This document shows, in pieces, positions 9,101 to 18,063 of a stretch of DNA of 64,000 nt. The notes beneath the pieces were generated by a model. It was not told the origin of the DNA and did not search any database. It was given only the letters and a program-made list of their open reading frames with translations. Position numbers and translations under genes: made by a program. The stretch is from an uncultured Christensenella sp. (GTDB lineage: Bacteria > Bacillota > Clostridia > Christensenellales > UBA1242). Every line of letters starts with the position of its first letter. Position 1 is the first letter of the stretch. The stretch lies in assembly GCA_964564685.1 (NCBI GenBank), contig CAZMBC010000001.1, positions 227,206 to 291,205 of the forward strand. The letters run 5' to 3'.

Positions 9101-12100
9101 AATCCAAGAACTCGGTATTTAGGTTTCCGCCTAGAACATATTTTGTAATTCCAATGCCAAAATTGTTTTCGGTAAGGTCAAAAATTACATCCCTAAGTGC
9201 TGGGGTTTTAACCTGTAACATAGAACCCTCGAACTTGAATTGAATGTTGGTGTTAAAGTTTTCGTTAACCCAATCAATAATATAGTTAATATCCTGCTCG
9301 CTAATACTAATGCAAATTTTTAAGCCCGCAACATCCACATACACTTGGTTGTTTACAAGATAGATGTTTGTGTTAACGCCAAAAGCATCCGAACTAATAT
9401 GAGCGTAAATTTTGTCGTTAACAACATTTAATGTTAGCTTTCCTTGCAGTTTTAATTTAGAGTATCTAACCGCAATATCGCCTGAAATTGCATAGCCTTT
9501 GTCCGTTTTAACACTTTGATAGCTGTTAATTAGGCGCTCGGTGTAATTGTTAAGGTCCGAAATAACTGTTGTGTACTCGTTAATCTCTTGTTCGGTTAGT
9601 GGCTTAACCTCTTGTTGTTCAAGTAGTGCCACGCTTAGCTGCATGCCCATACTACTAATATCCACTTTATTAACTACGCCATCTGTATGCCATAATTTTA
9701 CATCAACAAGGGTTTCGTCTGTTATTTCTAAAGTTTCTTTTAGGTTAAGCACATCCTTAACATTAAGGTTAACATAATTTTCGCCCTCACCAAAATAGTT
9801 AATTTTAATGGTTGTGAAAATGTCGTTAATATTAAAGTTTTCTAGCCCACTAAACGCAGTTTCACTGCCCGATAAATCTATGTTAAACAACTGGCTTAAG
9901 TAGGCTAAGGTTTCTTTTAGGTTGTTTACACTATCGTATAATTTTAAGCCGTCAACATCTAAATATATGTTGTTGTTTTGATATATAATGTTAAGCTCAT
10001 ATCCTGAAATACTTGTATTTAGTTTTATTATATTGCTATTTAAATCAATATGAGCAAACGCCTTATAAGTATTTTCGTTAAGAACTAGGTTCATTTCCAA
10101 ATTGAATGTGGTGTTATCCACAAGGTCATACACGCTACTAATAATGTCGGCGGTTAAATCCCACTGGCGATACTCTGCCACCGTTAAAGATGGTAAGTTG
10201 TTTTGCGTGCCATAAACCTGCATGTTTGCACTAACGCCATCACCCACAAGCGCAATGTTTGTTAGCTCGGTTTCACCCGATAATGTTAACGTATAACCCA
10301 TATATTTGCCCACAAACTCATGTTGTGTTAGGGTTATATCCTTTAACAATCCATCCACCAACGCTATAATTTCGGAATTTGTTACGCTTATATTTGTGTT
10401 TAAAGTAACATCCAAATTAAATGTGGTATTTAGCCATGTTAAAAATTCGTTAATTTGCGTTAGTTCAAAACTTAATTTGTAACCGTCAACCGCAACATAT
10501 AAGCAGTTGTTTTGTAAATAAACACTAACCTGTTTTTCTAGTATAGTTGTGTAAACATATGCTTTTTGTTGGGAAATATTTGCAATGTAGTTTAGCGTAA
10601 ACACATTTGCACCCACACCAATAGTAATATCCCCACTAATGTTGCCCATTAATGTGTTTTTGGTGTTGTTTGCCCAATCGATATAACTTAAAATATCAAC
10701 ATATTCTGCAGTCACAGGCTGTGATACTTCAAAATAATTGTAAGTTGCGCTGGCACTAACCTCAACATTTTTGTAGGTTAATTTTAACGCGGATAATTTG
10801 CTATTTTCACCCAAAATTTCAACATCAAACTCGTTATTAATTTGCGCAATTAAGCGGTTATCGTTTGCATTAAATTTGGTTAAGTATTTTAGCGCATTTT
10901 GCATATCAAACTCATTTATTGTATTGGTTATATCGCTAAAGTCTAAAGCGTTAGCCGAAATTCCTAGCAAGGTTAAAATGTCATCCTTATAATTTGCAAT
11001 TTCACTAACGTTGCACTTTAACTTAAGGTTGTATGCTTTTAAATACACTAAATTGTTAATATAAACAAAGTTTAATGTGCGCTCGTTGTATTCAATTGAG
11101 CCAGAAAGCACAGGATTTGGATTGTTGTACAAGTTAACGCTGTATGCCACTTGAACACCATTCACCTTAACATATCCGTTAAGATTTATATACTCGCTTA
11201 AATAGGTGTTTTTGCTGTATATAATAAAGTCCGCAAGAGTGCTTATGTTTGTGTATTTTGCCTTTTCTTCGGCCGAAAGCTCAACAGGCTTTGTAACCTG
11301 CTCGTTAAGTTGTGCGTTAAGAACAACATCGTTTAAGCCCACATTAAGCGCAGTTATGCGGTTGTTTGAATAATTTACAGCAAAATAAATGTGTTCACCA
11401 GAGTTAAGTAGGTTATCTGCACTAAAACTTACACCCCTAGTTGTAACGTTTAACGAGGATAGATTTATGTTGTTTAGTATTGTGTTTACATCCAAATTCA
11501 TTAGTGCGTCCAGCAAGTTGTTAAGGTCATCCGTATTTGCACTTGCGTTTAGAGCACTTGTTTGTGATTGGTTAGAAAGTTCGTCTTTAAGCTTTTGAAT
11601 AATAACATCAAGCTCGGTTATTTTTCCGCTAACCTTAATGTTTTCATCTACATTTATGTATAATTCATCACCTTGCACCACAACAGCAACATTATAGTCA
11701 TAAACAGTGGTATCAAGGTTTATAAGCAAGCCATTTGTAAAGTCTATTTTAACACTAATATCAATTACGCTATCCAAAAGATTAACTTGAACATTTGCCT
11801 CGTATGCGGTTTGTTTAATATTATTTACAAACTCATCCAAGCCCGCTTTTGTTATAGTAATAGTCTCGTATTCAGCGCTATTTATTGCACTTATTTGTGG
11901 ATTAATACTTGTGGTGCTAAACACTCCACTTGCGTTGGCATAACTTACACCAAAATCTAGTAGGTTATTGTTAACGCTAATACTAGTTGTAACACCCTCA
12001 AACATAAATTTATAAATATCATCAGTTTTAATAAAGGTTATATATGCATCCAATGCGTTAACGGCATCTTTTATATTTTCTACATCTTCTGCCGAAATTT

Positions 12101-15100
12101 CGGTGTTTGTTTCTACATCAAAGTAATCTTTAATATAATCCACAAGTGTGGTTAGTGATTGTGTAGTTGTACATAACTTGCTGTCGTTTAGGGTTAGGTA
12201 GAAAGTGTCGTTTGAATAAACAACTGCTATTTCTGCACCAAGAATATTAGTGTATAACTCTACTTGTAGTGGGTTGTAATTTACAACAACTTTTGCGTCT
12301 AAATTATACTCACCATAATTTAAGGTTAAGTTTCCACTTATACCTGTGCCATTTATCATGTTTTTTACTGGTTCTACAAAGTCTGCCAAGTCAAACACAT
12401 TTATGTAGTTATATTCTGGCAAGTTAAACTCAAACTCGTTGTAACTAATATTAACCGCATATTCCGTGCCATTAAACGTGCACGCAGCACGGGTAATAAG
12501 ATTGTTATTTATAGTAAAGTTAAGCATCATATCTACAAGGTCAATTGATATTATATTGCCAGTTTGATAAATGCCCGCATAGTCAATTTGAGTGCTATCC
12601 AAAATTGCAAACATAGAAGCAAAAACATCTTTAGCCTCACCATTTGGCAAAGCAGAAATTACTAGCTCTGCTATGTCATCACAATCTGCCACTAGTTTTA
12701 ATGCAGAGGCATCTACATATACTTTGCCGTTTGTGTAGTATAAATCTGCATTAACTCCAAACATGCTTGTGTTAGCAACAGCGTTTAATGTGTTAAGGTT
12801 AAGACTAACGCTAACATCTACATCATCAAACTGACCATCGCAATTAATATATGATTGCTCCGTTAGCATAATTAGGGCTTTTGCCAAATTAAGCGCAGGG
12901 GCAATATTGTTGTAATCCGCCGTGTTAACGCTAGGCAAATGTGCTTGTGTATTATCAATTGTAACTCCCGCACTAAAGTTTGGTGTGGTAATCAAAAGAT
13001 TGTCAAAGCGAGTATTTCCAAACAACTTAACAACATATTCGTTGTAAATTGCTGTAAGTTCCCCGTTGTTAAGCGTAATATCTTTAATCAACCCATCAAC
13101 AATTGCTACAAGTTTGTTTGCATCAATTTGTGGTAATTGAATATTTAAATCAAGATTGTATTTTACTTGTAGCCATTCCACAAATGCGCCAATATCGTTT
13201 ACAGCAACGCAAAGTTTATACTCCTCAACCTCAATGTACAAATATCCTTCCATGTAATGGAAATTAATTTCCACGCCATTTAAGCAACTATTTGCATAAA
13301 TTTGTTTTGCGTTTAAATCAGCAGCATAGTTAAAAGTAATGTTATAGCCAAAACCATTAAACATAATTTCACCCGCAAAAGTGTTTAAAACAGCGTCTTT
13401 TATGTGGTTAATCATATCTAAATAGTTAAGCACATTTTCGTATTGTTGTGCATTAACATCAATTTCAAAAGTAGTATAGTTTAGTTGTGCACAGGTGCTA
13501 ATGTCTTTGTAAGAAATTGCGATGCTTTTAATGCGGTTGTTTTGTGCAGTTATTTGCGCTGAAATGCCATTCGTTAACGACAATTTAAGTGTTCCGTCAT
13601 TTTCGGCAAATTTACTAATGTAGTTTAGTGCGTTTTGCGCATCAAACTCTTGCAATTCGCCAACAAGCCCAATTAAGTCAAGTTCGTTTGCAGTAACTCC
13701 CAAAAGCTTAAACAATTGGTCTTTGTAACTTTCAATTTCATTAAGATTAACTAAAAGTTTAAGGTTGTAAGCAGAGATGTACACAACACTGTTTATAAAT
13801 ACAAGTTCTACACTGCGGTTTTTGTATGTTAAAGTAGCACGAACACTAAAGTCATCCGCATTGTGCAAATTAACAACGTAATCTACAATCTGCTCGTTTA
13901 TGTTAACACTGCCCTCAATCGTGATGTACTCGCTTAAGAAAGTGTTCTTGCCATATATAACAAACTCAGCAAGCGAGTTTACACTAACATATTCCTCTTT
14001 TTGTTCAGGTGTAACCTTTACAATTTCTTGCGCAAGGCTATCAAACGAAACATTAACATTGTAATCGTTATACTTTACACCCACAGCCGTTACTTTGTTG
14101 TTTGCGTAGCTAACCGCAAGATATATACTTTCGCCGTTTCCAAAAAGGTCTTGTGCGCTAAAGCTTACACCCGTGCTAGAAATGTTTAGCGTAGAAAGGT
14201 TAATATTTTTAACAATATTTGCAATATCTAACCCGCCAATAACATTTAGCAGTTTTTCCATGTCGTTACTGCTGGTTGGGTCAGCATTTAGCGTGCTGGT
14301 GTTTGGATTGTTGGCAATTTCTTGCTTAAGCATTTCAATTACATCTTTTAGGTCAATAAGTTTGCCCGTAATTTTAATGTTTTCGTCCACATTTACAAAC
14401 AACTCGTCACCTTGCAAAATCGCAACAACATCATAGCCGTAAAGTGTGGTGGAAAGTTGTACAAGCAATTCACCATCAAAGTCAATTTTAATATTAACAT
14501 CAGCATTCTCGCCCGCAATATTTAAATTAACATCAAGTTCGTATGCGGTTTGTTTAAGGTTGTTTACAATCTCATCCAAACCCGCTTTTGTTACAGTAAC
14601 AGGCTCGTATTCAGCGCTATTTATTGCACTTATTTGTGGATTAACGCTTGTGGTGCTAAACACTCCACTTGCGTTGGCATAACTTACACCAAAATCAAGT
14701 AGCTTGTTATTAATTGCAACCACAGTGCAAACATCAGCAAACATAAATTCGTAAACATTATCCATTTTTACAAGGGTAATGTAATGCTGTAAAGTAGAAG
14801 CCAATCCCTTAACCTGCTCCAAAACATCCGACGGAACAAGATTATCCTTTTCTACGCCCAATGCACCACAGATATAACCAGCAAGTGTGGTTAGTGATTG
14901 TGTAGTTGTACATAACTTGCTGTCGTTTAGGGTTAGGTAGAAAGTGTCGTTTGAATAAACAACTGCTATTTCTGCACCAAGAATATTAGTGTATAACTCT
15001 ACTTGTAGTGGGTTGTAATTTACAACAACTTTTGCGTCTAAATTATACTCACCATAATTTAAGGTTAAGTTTCCACTTATACCTGTGCCATTTATCATGT

Positions 15101-16421
15101 TTTTTACTGGTTCTACAAAGTCTGCCAAGTCAAACACATTTATGTAGTTATATTCTGGCAAGTTAAACTCAAACTCGTTGTAACTAATATTAACCGCATA
15201 TTCCGTGCCATTAAATGTGCACGCAACGCGGGTTATGTAATCTTTGTAAATAGTAAAATCAATTTTAACATCATTTAAGTTAAGGCAAATATTGTTACCT
15301 TGTTGTGTAATTGCCTCAAAGTTGATATTTCCTAATGCCGATAGGTCAATTTCCTTAAGTGAGTTAAGTGCTCCAAACACAAAAGACACAGCCTCTTTTT
15401 CTGGGATGTCTGCAATATACTCTTTTAAAAGTTCTACCACATCCTTACAGTCGGTTTTTAATTTAACAATTGGCGCGTCTAAATACATTTTGTTTTGGGT
15501 ATAGTAAAGCGCACCATTTACACCAAAAGCACTTCCTTTTAATACAACGTTTTGGGTGTTAAGGTTAATGTTTGCATCAAAAGCAAATTCCCCAACTGCA
15601 GTTTTGATATTTAAGTAATCCGCAGTTGCAAGTTTAACTCCTCCGCGAAGCAGTGTGAACGCTGGCGAAACATCCATATAGTTGCTAGGTTCACTAACAA
15701 TAACGCCCGAGTTTGTTTTGTTAAGCACAATTGTTGCATTAATAGTTAGGTCGTTATATTTAAAATCCAACAACTCAACTTTTTGCAAGTTGTAATTGCT
15801 ATCCGTATAAATTTCTACATCTACGCTATCGGTTATTGCAAGTAAAAGTTTTGTGCCATTGTCTAGTTTCTCTTCCACAATTTTTTGCTCTAGCGAGGTT
15901 ATTAACGACATGTCAAAATTATCCAACAAGCCATTAAGGTTGCCCACACCTGCAATAGCAAGCACTGCACCCAAACCCTGCATAGCACTATCTGCCTTAA
16001 AACTAATATTTGCGTTCCCGCCCGCAAGATACAATGTTCCGTTTTTGTAAACAATGTTTCCGCTAAAGCGCTTTTCTTCGGCCTCGATGCCTGCATTAAG
16101 GTTAAGCTCTGCACCCGTAAATCCATCGTATAAAACAACATCTCCGCTAATATCTAGCGAAACAGTTTTGCCGTTTTGGCTAACGCTGGCGCTAATTTGC
16201 GCAGACAGGTCTTTTAACGACATAATATTGTTTACCATTTGCCCTAAAGCCGATTGTTCGGGTTTGGAAAGTATAGGACTAGAACCCGAATAGCTGTTGC
16301 TTGCCGAAAGCACAACAATACCCGCAACCATAACAGTGCACAAAATGTATGTTGCCACATAAACAAACATACGCCTAAAAGAAAACTTAACTTTCTTTTT
16401 TAACTTCTTTGTTTTTTTCAT
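6159..16421 (-). CDS. Giant (3,420 aa) membrane-anchored modular surface protein with C-terminal Listeria-Bacteroides (Flg_new / InlB B-repeat type) repeats
   Basis: Uninterrupted 10.26-kb ORF. N-terminus is MKKTKKLKKKVKFSFRR followed by a hydrophobic helix (signal anchor). At least 13 modules of about 180 aa share a motif like YxxNxxY(L/V)D(V/A)xGLKL followed by a helix. The C-terminus has repeats such as TYNFVSGWYTDAEQTNEF...AYAKWS, YYNFLGWSLTPGGE...LYANWN and YAHLGWSLTTDGSEA...IYALWN. Confidence 0.85.
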   Translation of the reverse strand: MKKTKKLKKKVKFSFRRMFVYVATYILCTVMVAGIVVLSASNSYSGSSPILSKPEQSALGQMVNNIMSLKDLSAQISASVSQNGKTVSLDISGDVVLYDGFTGAELNLNAGIEAEEKRFSGNIVYKNGTLYLAGGNANISFKADSAMQGLGAVLAIAGVGNLNGLLDNFDMSLITSLEQKIVEEKLDNGTKLLLAITDSVDVEIYTDSNYNLQKVELLDFKYNDLTINATIVLNKTNSGVIVSEPSNYMDVSPAFTLLRGGVKLATADYLNIKTAVGEFAFDANINLNTQNVVLKGSAFGVNGALYYTQNKMYLDAPIVKLKTDCKDVVELLKEYIADIPEKEAVSFVFGALNSLKEIDLSALGNINFEAITQQGNNICLNLNDVKIDFTIYKDYITRVACTFNGTEYAVNISYNEFEFNLPEYNYINVFDLADFVEPVKNMINGTGISGNLTLNYGEYNLDAKVVVNYNPLQVELYTNILGAEIAVVYSNDTFYLTLNDSKLCTTTQSLTTLAGYICGALGVEKDNLVPSDVLEQVKGLASTLQHYITLVKMDNVYEFMFADVCTVVAINNKLLDFGVSYANASGVFSTTSVNPQISAINSAEYEPVTVTKAGLDEIVNNLKQTAYELDVNLNIAGENADVNIKIDFDGELLVQLSTTLYGYDVVAILQGDELFVNVDENIKITGKLIDLKDVIEMLKQEIANNPNTSTLNADPTSSNDMEKLLNVIGGLDIANIVKNINLSTLNISSTGVSFSAQDLFGNGESIYLAVSYANNKVTAVGVKYNDYNVNVSFDSLAQEIVKVTPEQKEEYVSVNSLAEFVIYGKNTFLSEYITIEGSVNINEQIVDYVVNLHNADDFSVRATLTYKNRSVELVFINSVVYISAYNLKLLVNLNEIESYKDQLFKLLGVTANELDLIGLVGELQEFDAQNALNYISKFAENDGTLKLSLTNGISAQITAQNNRIKSIAISYKDISTCAQLNYTTFEIDVNAQQYENVLNYLDMINHIKDAVLNTFAGEIMFNGFGYNITFNYAADLNAKQIYANSCLNGVEINFHYMEGYLYIEVEEYKLCVAVNDIGAFVEWLQVKYNLDLNIQLPQIDANKLVAIVDGLIKDITLNNGELTAIYNEYVVKLFGNTRFDNLLITTPNFSAGVTIDNTQAHLPSVNTADYNNIAPALNLAKALIMLTEQSYINCDGQFDDVDVSVSLNLNTLNAVANTSMFGVNADLYYTNGKVYVDASALKLVADCDDIAELVISALPNGEAKDVFASMFAILDSTQIDYAGIYQTGNIISIDLVDMMLNFTINNNLITRAACTFNGTEYAVNISYNEFEFNLPEYNYINVFDLADFVEPVKNMINGTGISGNLTLNYGEYNLDAKVVVNYNPLQVELYTNILGAEIAVVYSNDTFYLTLNDSKLCTTTQSLTTLVDYIKDYFDVETNTEISAEDVENIKDAVNALDAYITFIKTDDIYKFMFEGVTTSISVNNNLLDFGVSYANASGVFSTTSINPQISAINSAEYETITITKAGLDEFVNNIKQTAYEANVQVNLLDSVIDISVKIDFTNGLLINLDTTVYDYNVAVVVQGDELYINVDENIKVSGKITELDVIIQKLKDELSNQSQTSALNASANTDDLNNLLDALMNLDVNTILNNINLSSLNVTTRGVSFSADNLLNSGEHIYFAVNYSNNRITALNVGLNDVVLNAQLNEQVTKPVELSAEEKAKYTNISTLADFIIYSKNTYLSEYINLNGYVKVNGVQVAYSVNLYNNPNPVLSGSIEYNERTLNFVYINNLVYLKAYNLKLKCNVSEIANYKDDILTLLGISANALDFSDITNTINEFDMQNALKYLTKFNANDNRLIAQINNEFDVEILGENSKLSALKLTYKNVEVSASATYNYFEVSQPVTAEYVDILSYIDWANNTKNTLMGNISGDITIGVGANVFTLNYIANISQQKAYVYTTILEKQVSVYLQNNCLYVAVDGYKLSFELTQINEFLTWLNTTFNLDVTLNTNISVTNSEIIALVDGLLKDITLTQHEFVGKYMGYTLTLSGETELTNIALVGDGVSANMQVYGTQNNLPSLTVAEYRQWDLTADIISSVYDLVDNTTFNLEMNLVLNENTYKAFAHIDLNSNIIKLNTSISGYELNIIYQNNNIYLDVDGLKLYDSVNNLKETLAYLSQLFNIDLSGSETAFSGLENFNINDIFTTIKINYFGEGENYVNLNVKDVLNLKETLEITDETLVDVKLWHTDGVVNKVDISSMGMQLSVALLEQQEVKPLTEQEINEYTTVISDLNNYTERLINSYQSVKTDKGYAISGDIAVRYSKLKLQGKLTLNVVNDKIYAHISSDAFGVNTNIYLVNNQVYVDVAGLKICISISEQDINYIIDWVNENFNTNIQFKFEGSMLQVKTPALRDVIFDLTENNFGIGITKYVLGGNLNTEFLDLMLNLEFMQDTLGAIDITTNVTDDNTVIYDQGYASDAYDFESEASKKKNLIMRINELAFGAGVDSTVWGFDVNGNITEINGESVVVYNSYDKVLDVVEYALNFYKSGNLDFSADLIVNEQVGETVRPVVALNNGRIYTALTLDDKLAVTDGELYAGGELTEYNYTNPNEEPSVTHSIKAYYDNSYLYASYTHNKKVFDASSSSTVITEQVKTNDQSLNIKIRKNSISEIASIVLHVLNIDLGSFAQKLNIPECDLDVSNFHNLLGIKPNNSGELVSSVDSLLSNISDIVAMVKNINLTVLNNQSTFTISLNVNGQTLVLTINFVDGVLDYISANNIAVGNSRTLDVAITHNVANTAEEPTLEKDFTKLYNTSDEHIDLSDASNLLKALINTSAMNDYYISGKVALTFNIVGLNIDAATIDVGVQVKIVDGKPTAMISIQNMPIITGSLIQLTGINSNGGNGFGSRKRNINIYLRDDIAIIHTSDEEFSSSVPKYDRVTKIPASAIFSNIEYYLQYMMGFGSMIEDPINQSIENGRNRPCGINICNVINSFVQTGNQFDMAINLSELAFSTDIGTMAVSLTTTAIDVLDGEQTKTMDYLHKMAVNIDIMGMINIQNSLTDNPLVLDIGKEVDITPIEAFIKKFATTTMYQEKVSVGGGTYTTTNTASAGVDFVVNGNTISTTGEVGTPISYPGVDVITNTTANGNQFTYNFVSGWYTDAEQTNEFTTINYPRFEKETAYAKWSSYTLVNDYTAATIQYNGTKQLPSLVSYQTTNETTKVITYYNFLGWSLTPGGELLESTNIQPQGTTLYANWNVVEKLPYTFNLYDNNNTLLYTEIVGEGANINIQNFSTQALKYYTDVNCTLAYTGDFTMPDGNLNLYVRKVTLTFSLQTFSGNSGTIKFYQNGSEVGTSLTYYEGEVVDLTQFSATWEYTEGLIFKRNYYYAHLGWSLTTDGSEATEYTVGAQDATIYALWNQTAIKK
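12143..12476 (-). repeat. 334-bp block 100% identical to 14882-15215
   Basis: Base-by-base comparison of the two stretches shows identity from caagtgtggttagtgattg to ccgtgccattaaa. The first mismatch is at 12477/15216 and flanks diverge quickly. Confidence 0.95.
14882..15215 (-). repeat. 334-bp block 100% identical to 12143-12476
   Basis: See the partner copy. Encodes ...CTFNGTEYAVNISYNEFEFNLPEYNYINVFDLADFVEPVKNMINGTGISGNLTLNYGEYNLDAKVVVNYNPLQVELYTNILGAEIAVVYSNDTFYLTLNDSKLCTTTQSLTTL in both copies. Confidence 0.95.
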
Positions 16422-16447
16422 ATTCTCACCAAAACCTTAAAGGTTAA

Positions 16448-17311
16448 TTATATTTGTGGAATTTCCACATCCTCATAAGTAAAACTATTATTTATTGTGC
16501 CTTTGCAGGTTGTAAACCCCAAAACAGCAATTGAAACATCATAAACTTCTGTAGTAGTGTAGCTAATCAAATTCCAATTTTCATCAATTTCGTAGGTTAG
16601 CACAACGCTTTTAAAATAAGGCAGTTTTTTTGATCCAGCTGTGGCCTGAATTTCGTACATGTAATTCATAACTGAATAGTTTGTATCCAGCGTAATGGTA
16701 GCAGTATAATTGCCTTGCTCGTTTTTAGTAACGGGGCTTTCATCCACCACAGTGTTTGTTCCCACAACTAGCGATATCATGCGCTCTGGCGAAATTCCGT
16801 AGGTGCTTTTGTATTCGTCCAAACTAACTGTTTTAGAAGCTTTCGTTGGCCAAGTTGCAGTTGTGGAACTTGTTACTTTGCCGTCATAAATGTTTACGCT
16901 AGTTGTGCCTGTTTTGTAGTAGTCCATTTGAGCAACCTTAACCATGGAACTTGCGCTAATTTTATCCGCATATACATCACCATTAACAAGAATTTTTTGG
17001 CTTACTAATGTTTGTTTGATTCCCGCAGCAGAAATTTCACCCCTAACTTCTTTTTTTACCGCTGTACGATTGTTTAGTATGTTTTCTGCAACAACAAAAT
17101 TTTCGGTGGCAGAAAGATTTTCTGGTGTGTTTCCTTTGGCCTTTTTTAATGCCACTGTAAGGTCGTTTCCCCTAACCACTGCTTCACTAACATTTGGAGC
17201 AAGAACATTTCGTCCATAATTGGTATTGTAATAGTTGCCCGCAAACAAGCCCGTGGCAACAGCCAATATAAGTATTATAGAAAAGTTGATTATGTATCGT
17301 CTTTTTGTCAT
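16448..17311 (-). CDS. Membrane-anchored extracytoplasmic protein of unknown function (287 aa from ATG 17311)
   Basis: MTKRRYIINFSIILILAVATGLFAG is a signal anchor and the rest is hydrophilic and Thr/Ser/Val-rich. The ATG at 17311-17309 overlaps the upstream TGA (17310-17308) as ATGA. It ends 26 nt before the giant gene. Confidence 0.6.
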   Translation of the reverse strand: MTKRRYIINFSIILILAVATGLFAGNYYNTNYGRNVLAPNVSEAVVRGNDLTVALKKAKGNTPENLSATENFVVAENILNNRTAVKKEVRGEISAAGIKQTLVSQKILVNGDVYADKISASSMVKVAQMDYYKTGTTSVNIYDGKVTSSTTATWPTKASKTVSLDEYKSTYGISPERMISLVVGTNTVVDESPVTKNEQGNYTATITLDTNYSVMNYMYEIQATAGSKKLPYFKSVVLTYEIDENWNLISYTTTEVYDVSIAVLGFTTCKGTINNSFTYEDVEIPQI

Positions 17312-18063
17312 AATGTTTTTTCTCCTTTTGTGTTTTTCTTTTGTGTTAGTGACCACAAAAATCTAAGTGGCAACGCGGTCAGTCTGCCAATTTGTCTTGC
17401 GCTGGCCTTTGTTGCAAGCAAAACATCCTCACATATAGAGGTTATTTTATTTTTGCTTAACTTGTTTATATCAGAAACTTTAATGTTGTATTTGCGGTAG
17501 ATATAGTTAATAACAAACTCGTCATTAGGTTTGTCTAACTTAACTTTTAACACTGCTGACTTTTGTTGTTTTGTGTGTAATGAATAAAACTGCTCTTTAG
17601 AGATTTCCCCCACCACATACGAAGCATCAATAAGACAATTATCAAAATAATTTTTCAAGCTTGTAACATATGCATGCTCGCCCTTTAGCGCACGATTGGT
17701 TTCTAATAAATGTATGCTTTTAATTGCCTGCAAAACCTCCTGCGCTGTGTTTAACGGCTCGCTTAAATAACGATCGTAAAACACCTTTCCAAAATGCAAG
17801 TTTATTTTGTTGTAAGCACTTGCAAACTTAACCGAAAAACTGCGCATAAATTCGCTTAAGGACTTTTCATTTTCCTTAACAACCAAATACGCATCCTTTT
17901 TGCCAACTGCATAGGCTAAAATACTTATTCCGTAGGTCACTTTGCTATCCAAGCACGAAAAAAACATTTGCTTATTTTTGTTATTAGCAAATATATCAGA
18001 TTTTCCGCGTAAAACAACCGTATAAACGCCTATTTGGCTTGTTTTTCTTGCTTGTCGTGCCAA
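17308..18063 (-). CDS. IS200/REP-associated Y1-transposase-like protein with C-terminal DnaA-domain-IV-like HTH; catalytic residues apparently lost
   Basis: The N-terminus MARQARKTSQIGVYTVVLRG and GKVFYDRYLSEPL resemble the COG1943/Y1_Tnp family. The expected HUH block reads KDAYLVV and the expected catalytic-Tyr block reads KSIHLLE. The C-terminus ATKASARQIGRLTALP resembles a DnaA_C-type HTH. Confidence 0.55.
   Translation of the reverse strand: MARQARKTSQIGVYTVVLRGKSDIFANNKNKQMFFSCLDSKVTYGISILAYAVGKKDAYLVVKENEKSLSEFMRSFSVKFASAYNKINLHFGKVFYDRYLSEPLNTAQEVLQAIKSIHLLETNRALKGEHAYVTSLKNYFDNCLIDASYVVGEISKEQFYSLHTKQQKSAVLKVKLDKPNDEFVINYIYRKYNIKVSDINKLSKNKITSICEDVLLATKASARQIGRLTALPLRFLWSLTQKKNTKGEKTL

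Larger units (their letters stand above)
10200..15680 (-). repeat. Two tandem 2,739-bp (913-aa) super-repeats inside the giant gene (boundaries approximate)
   Basis: Protein residues about 250-1165 and about 1165-2075 align in register. All DNA identity patches share the same 2,739-bp offset. Confidence 0.8.

Noticed and set aside
6792-16293. About 18 plus- and minus-strand ORFs of 60-95 aa inside the giant gene (e.g. 6792-7067, 11673-11960, 14173-14436, 15902-16141)
   Set aside because: All lie within the uninterrupted 10.26-kb ORF. They are repeat-driven, low-complexity shadow frames without RBS.
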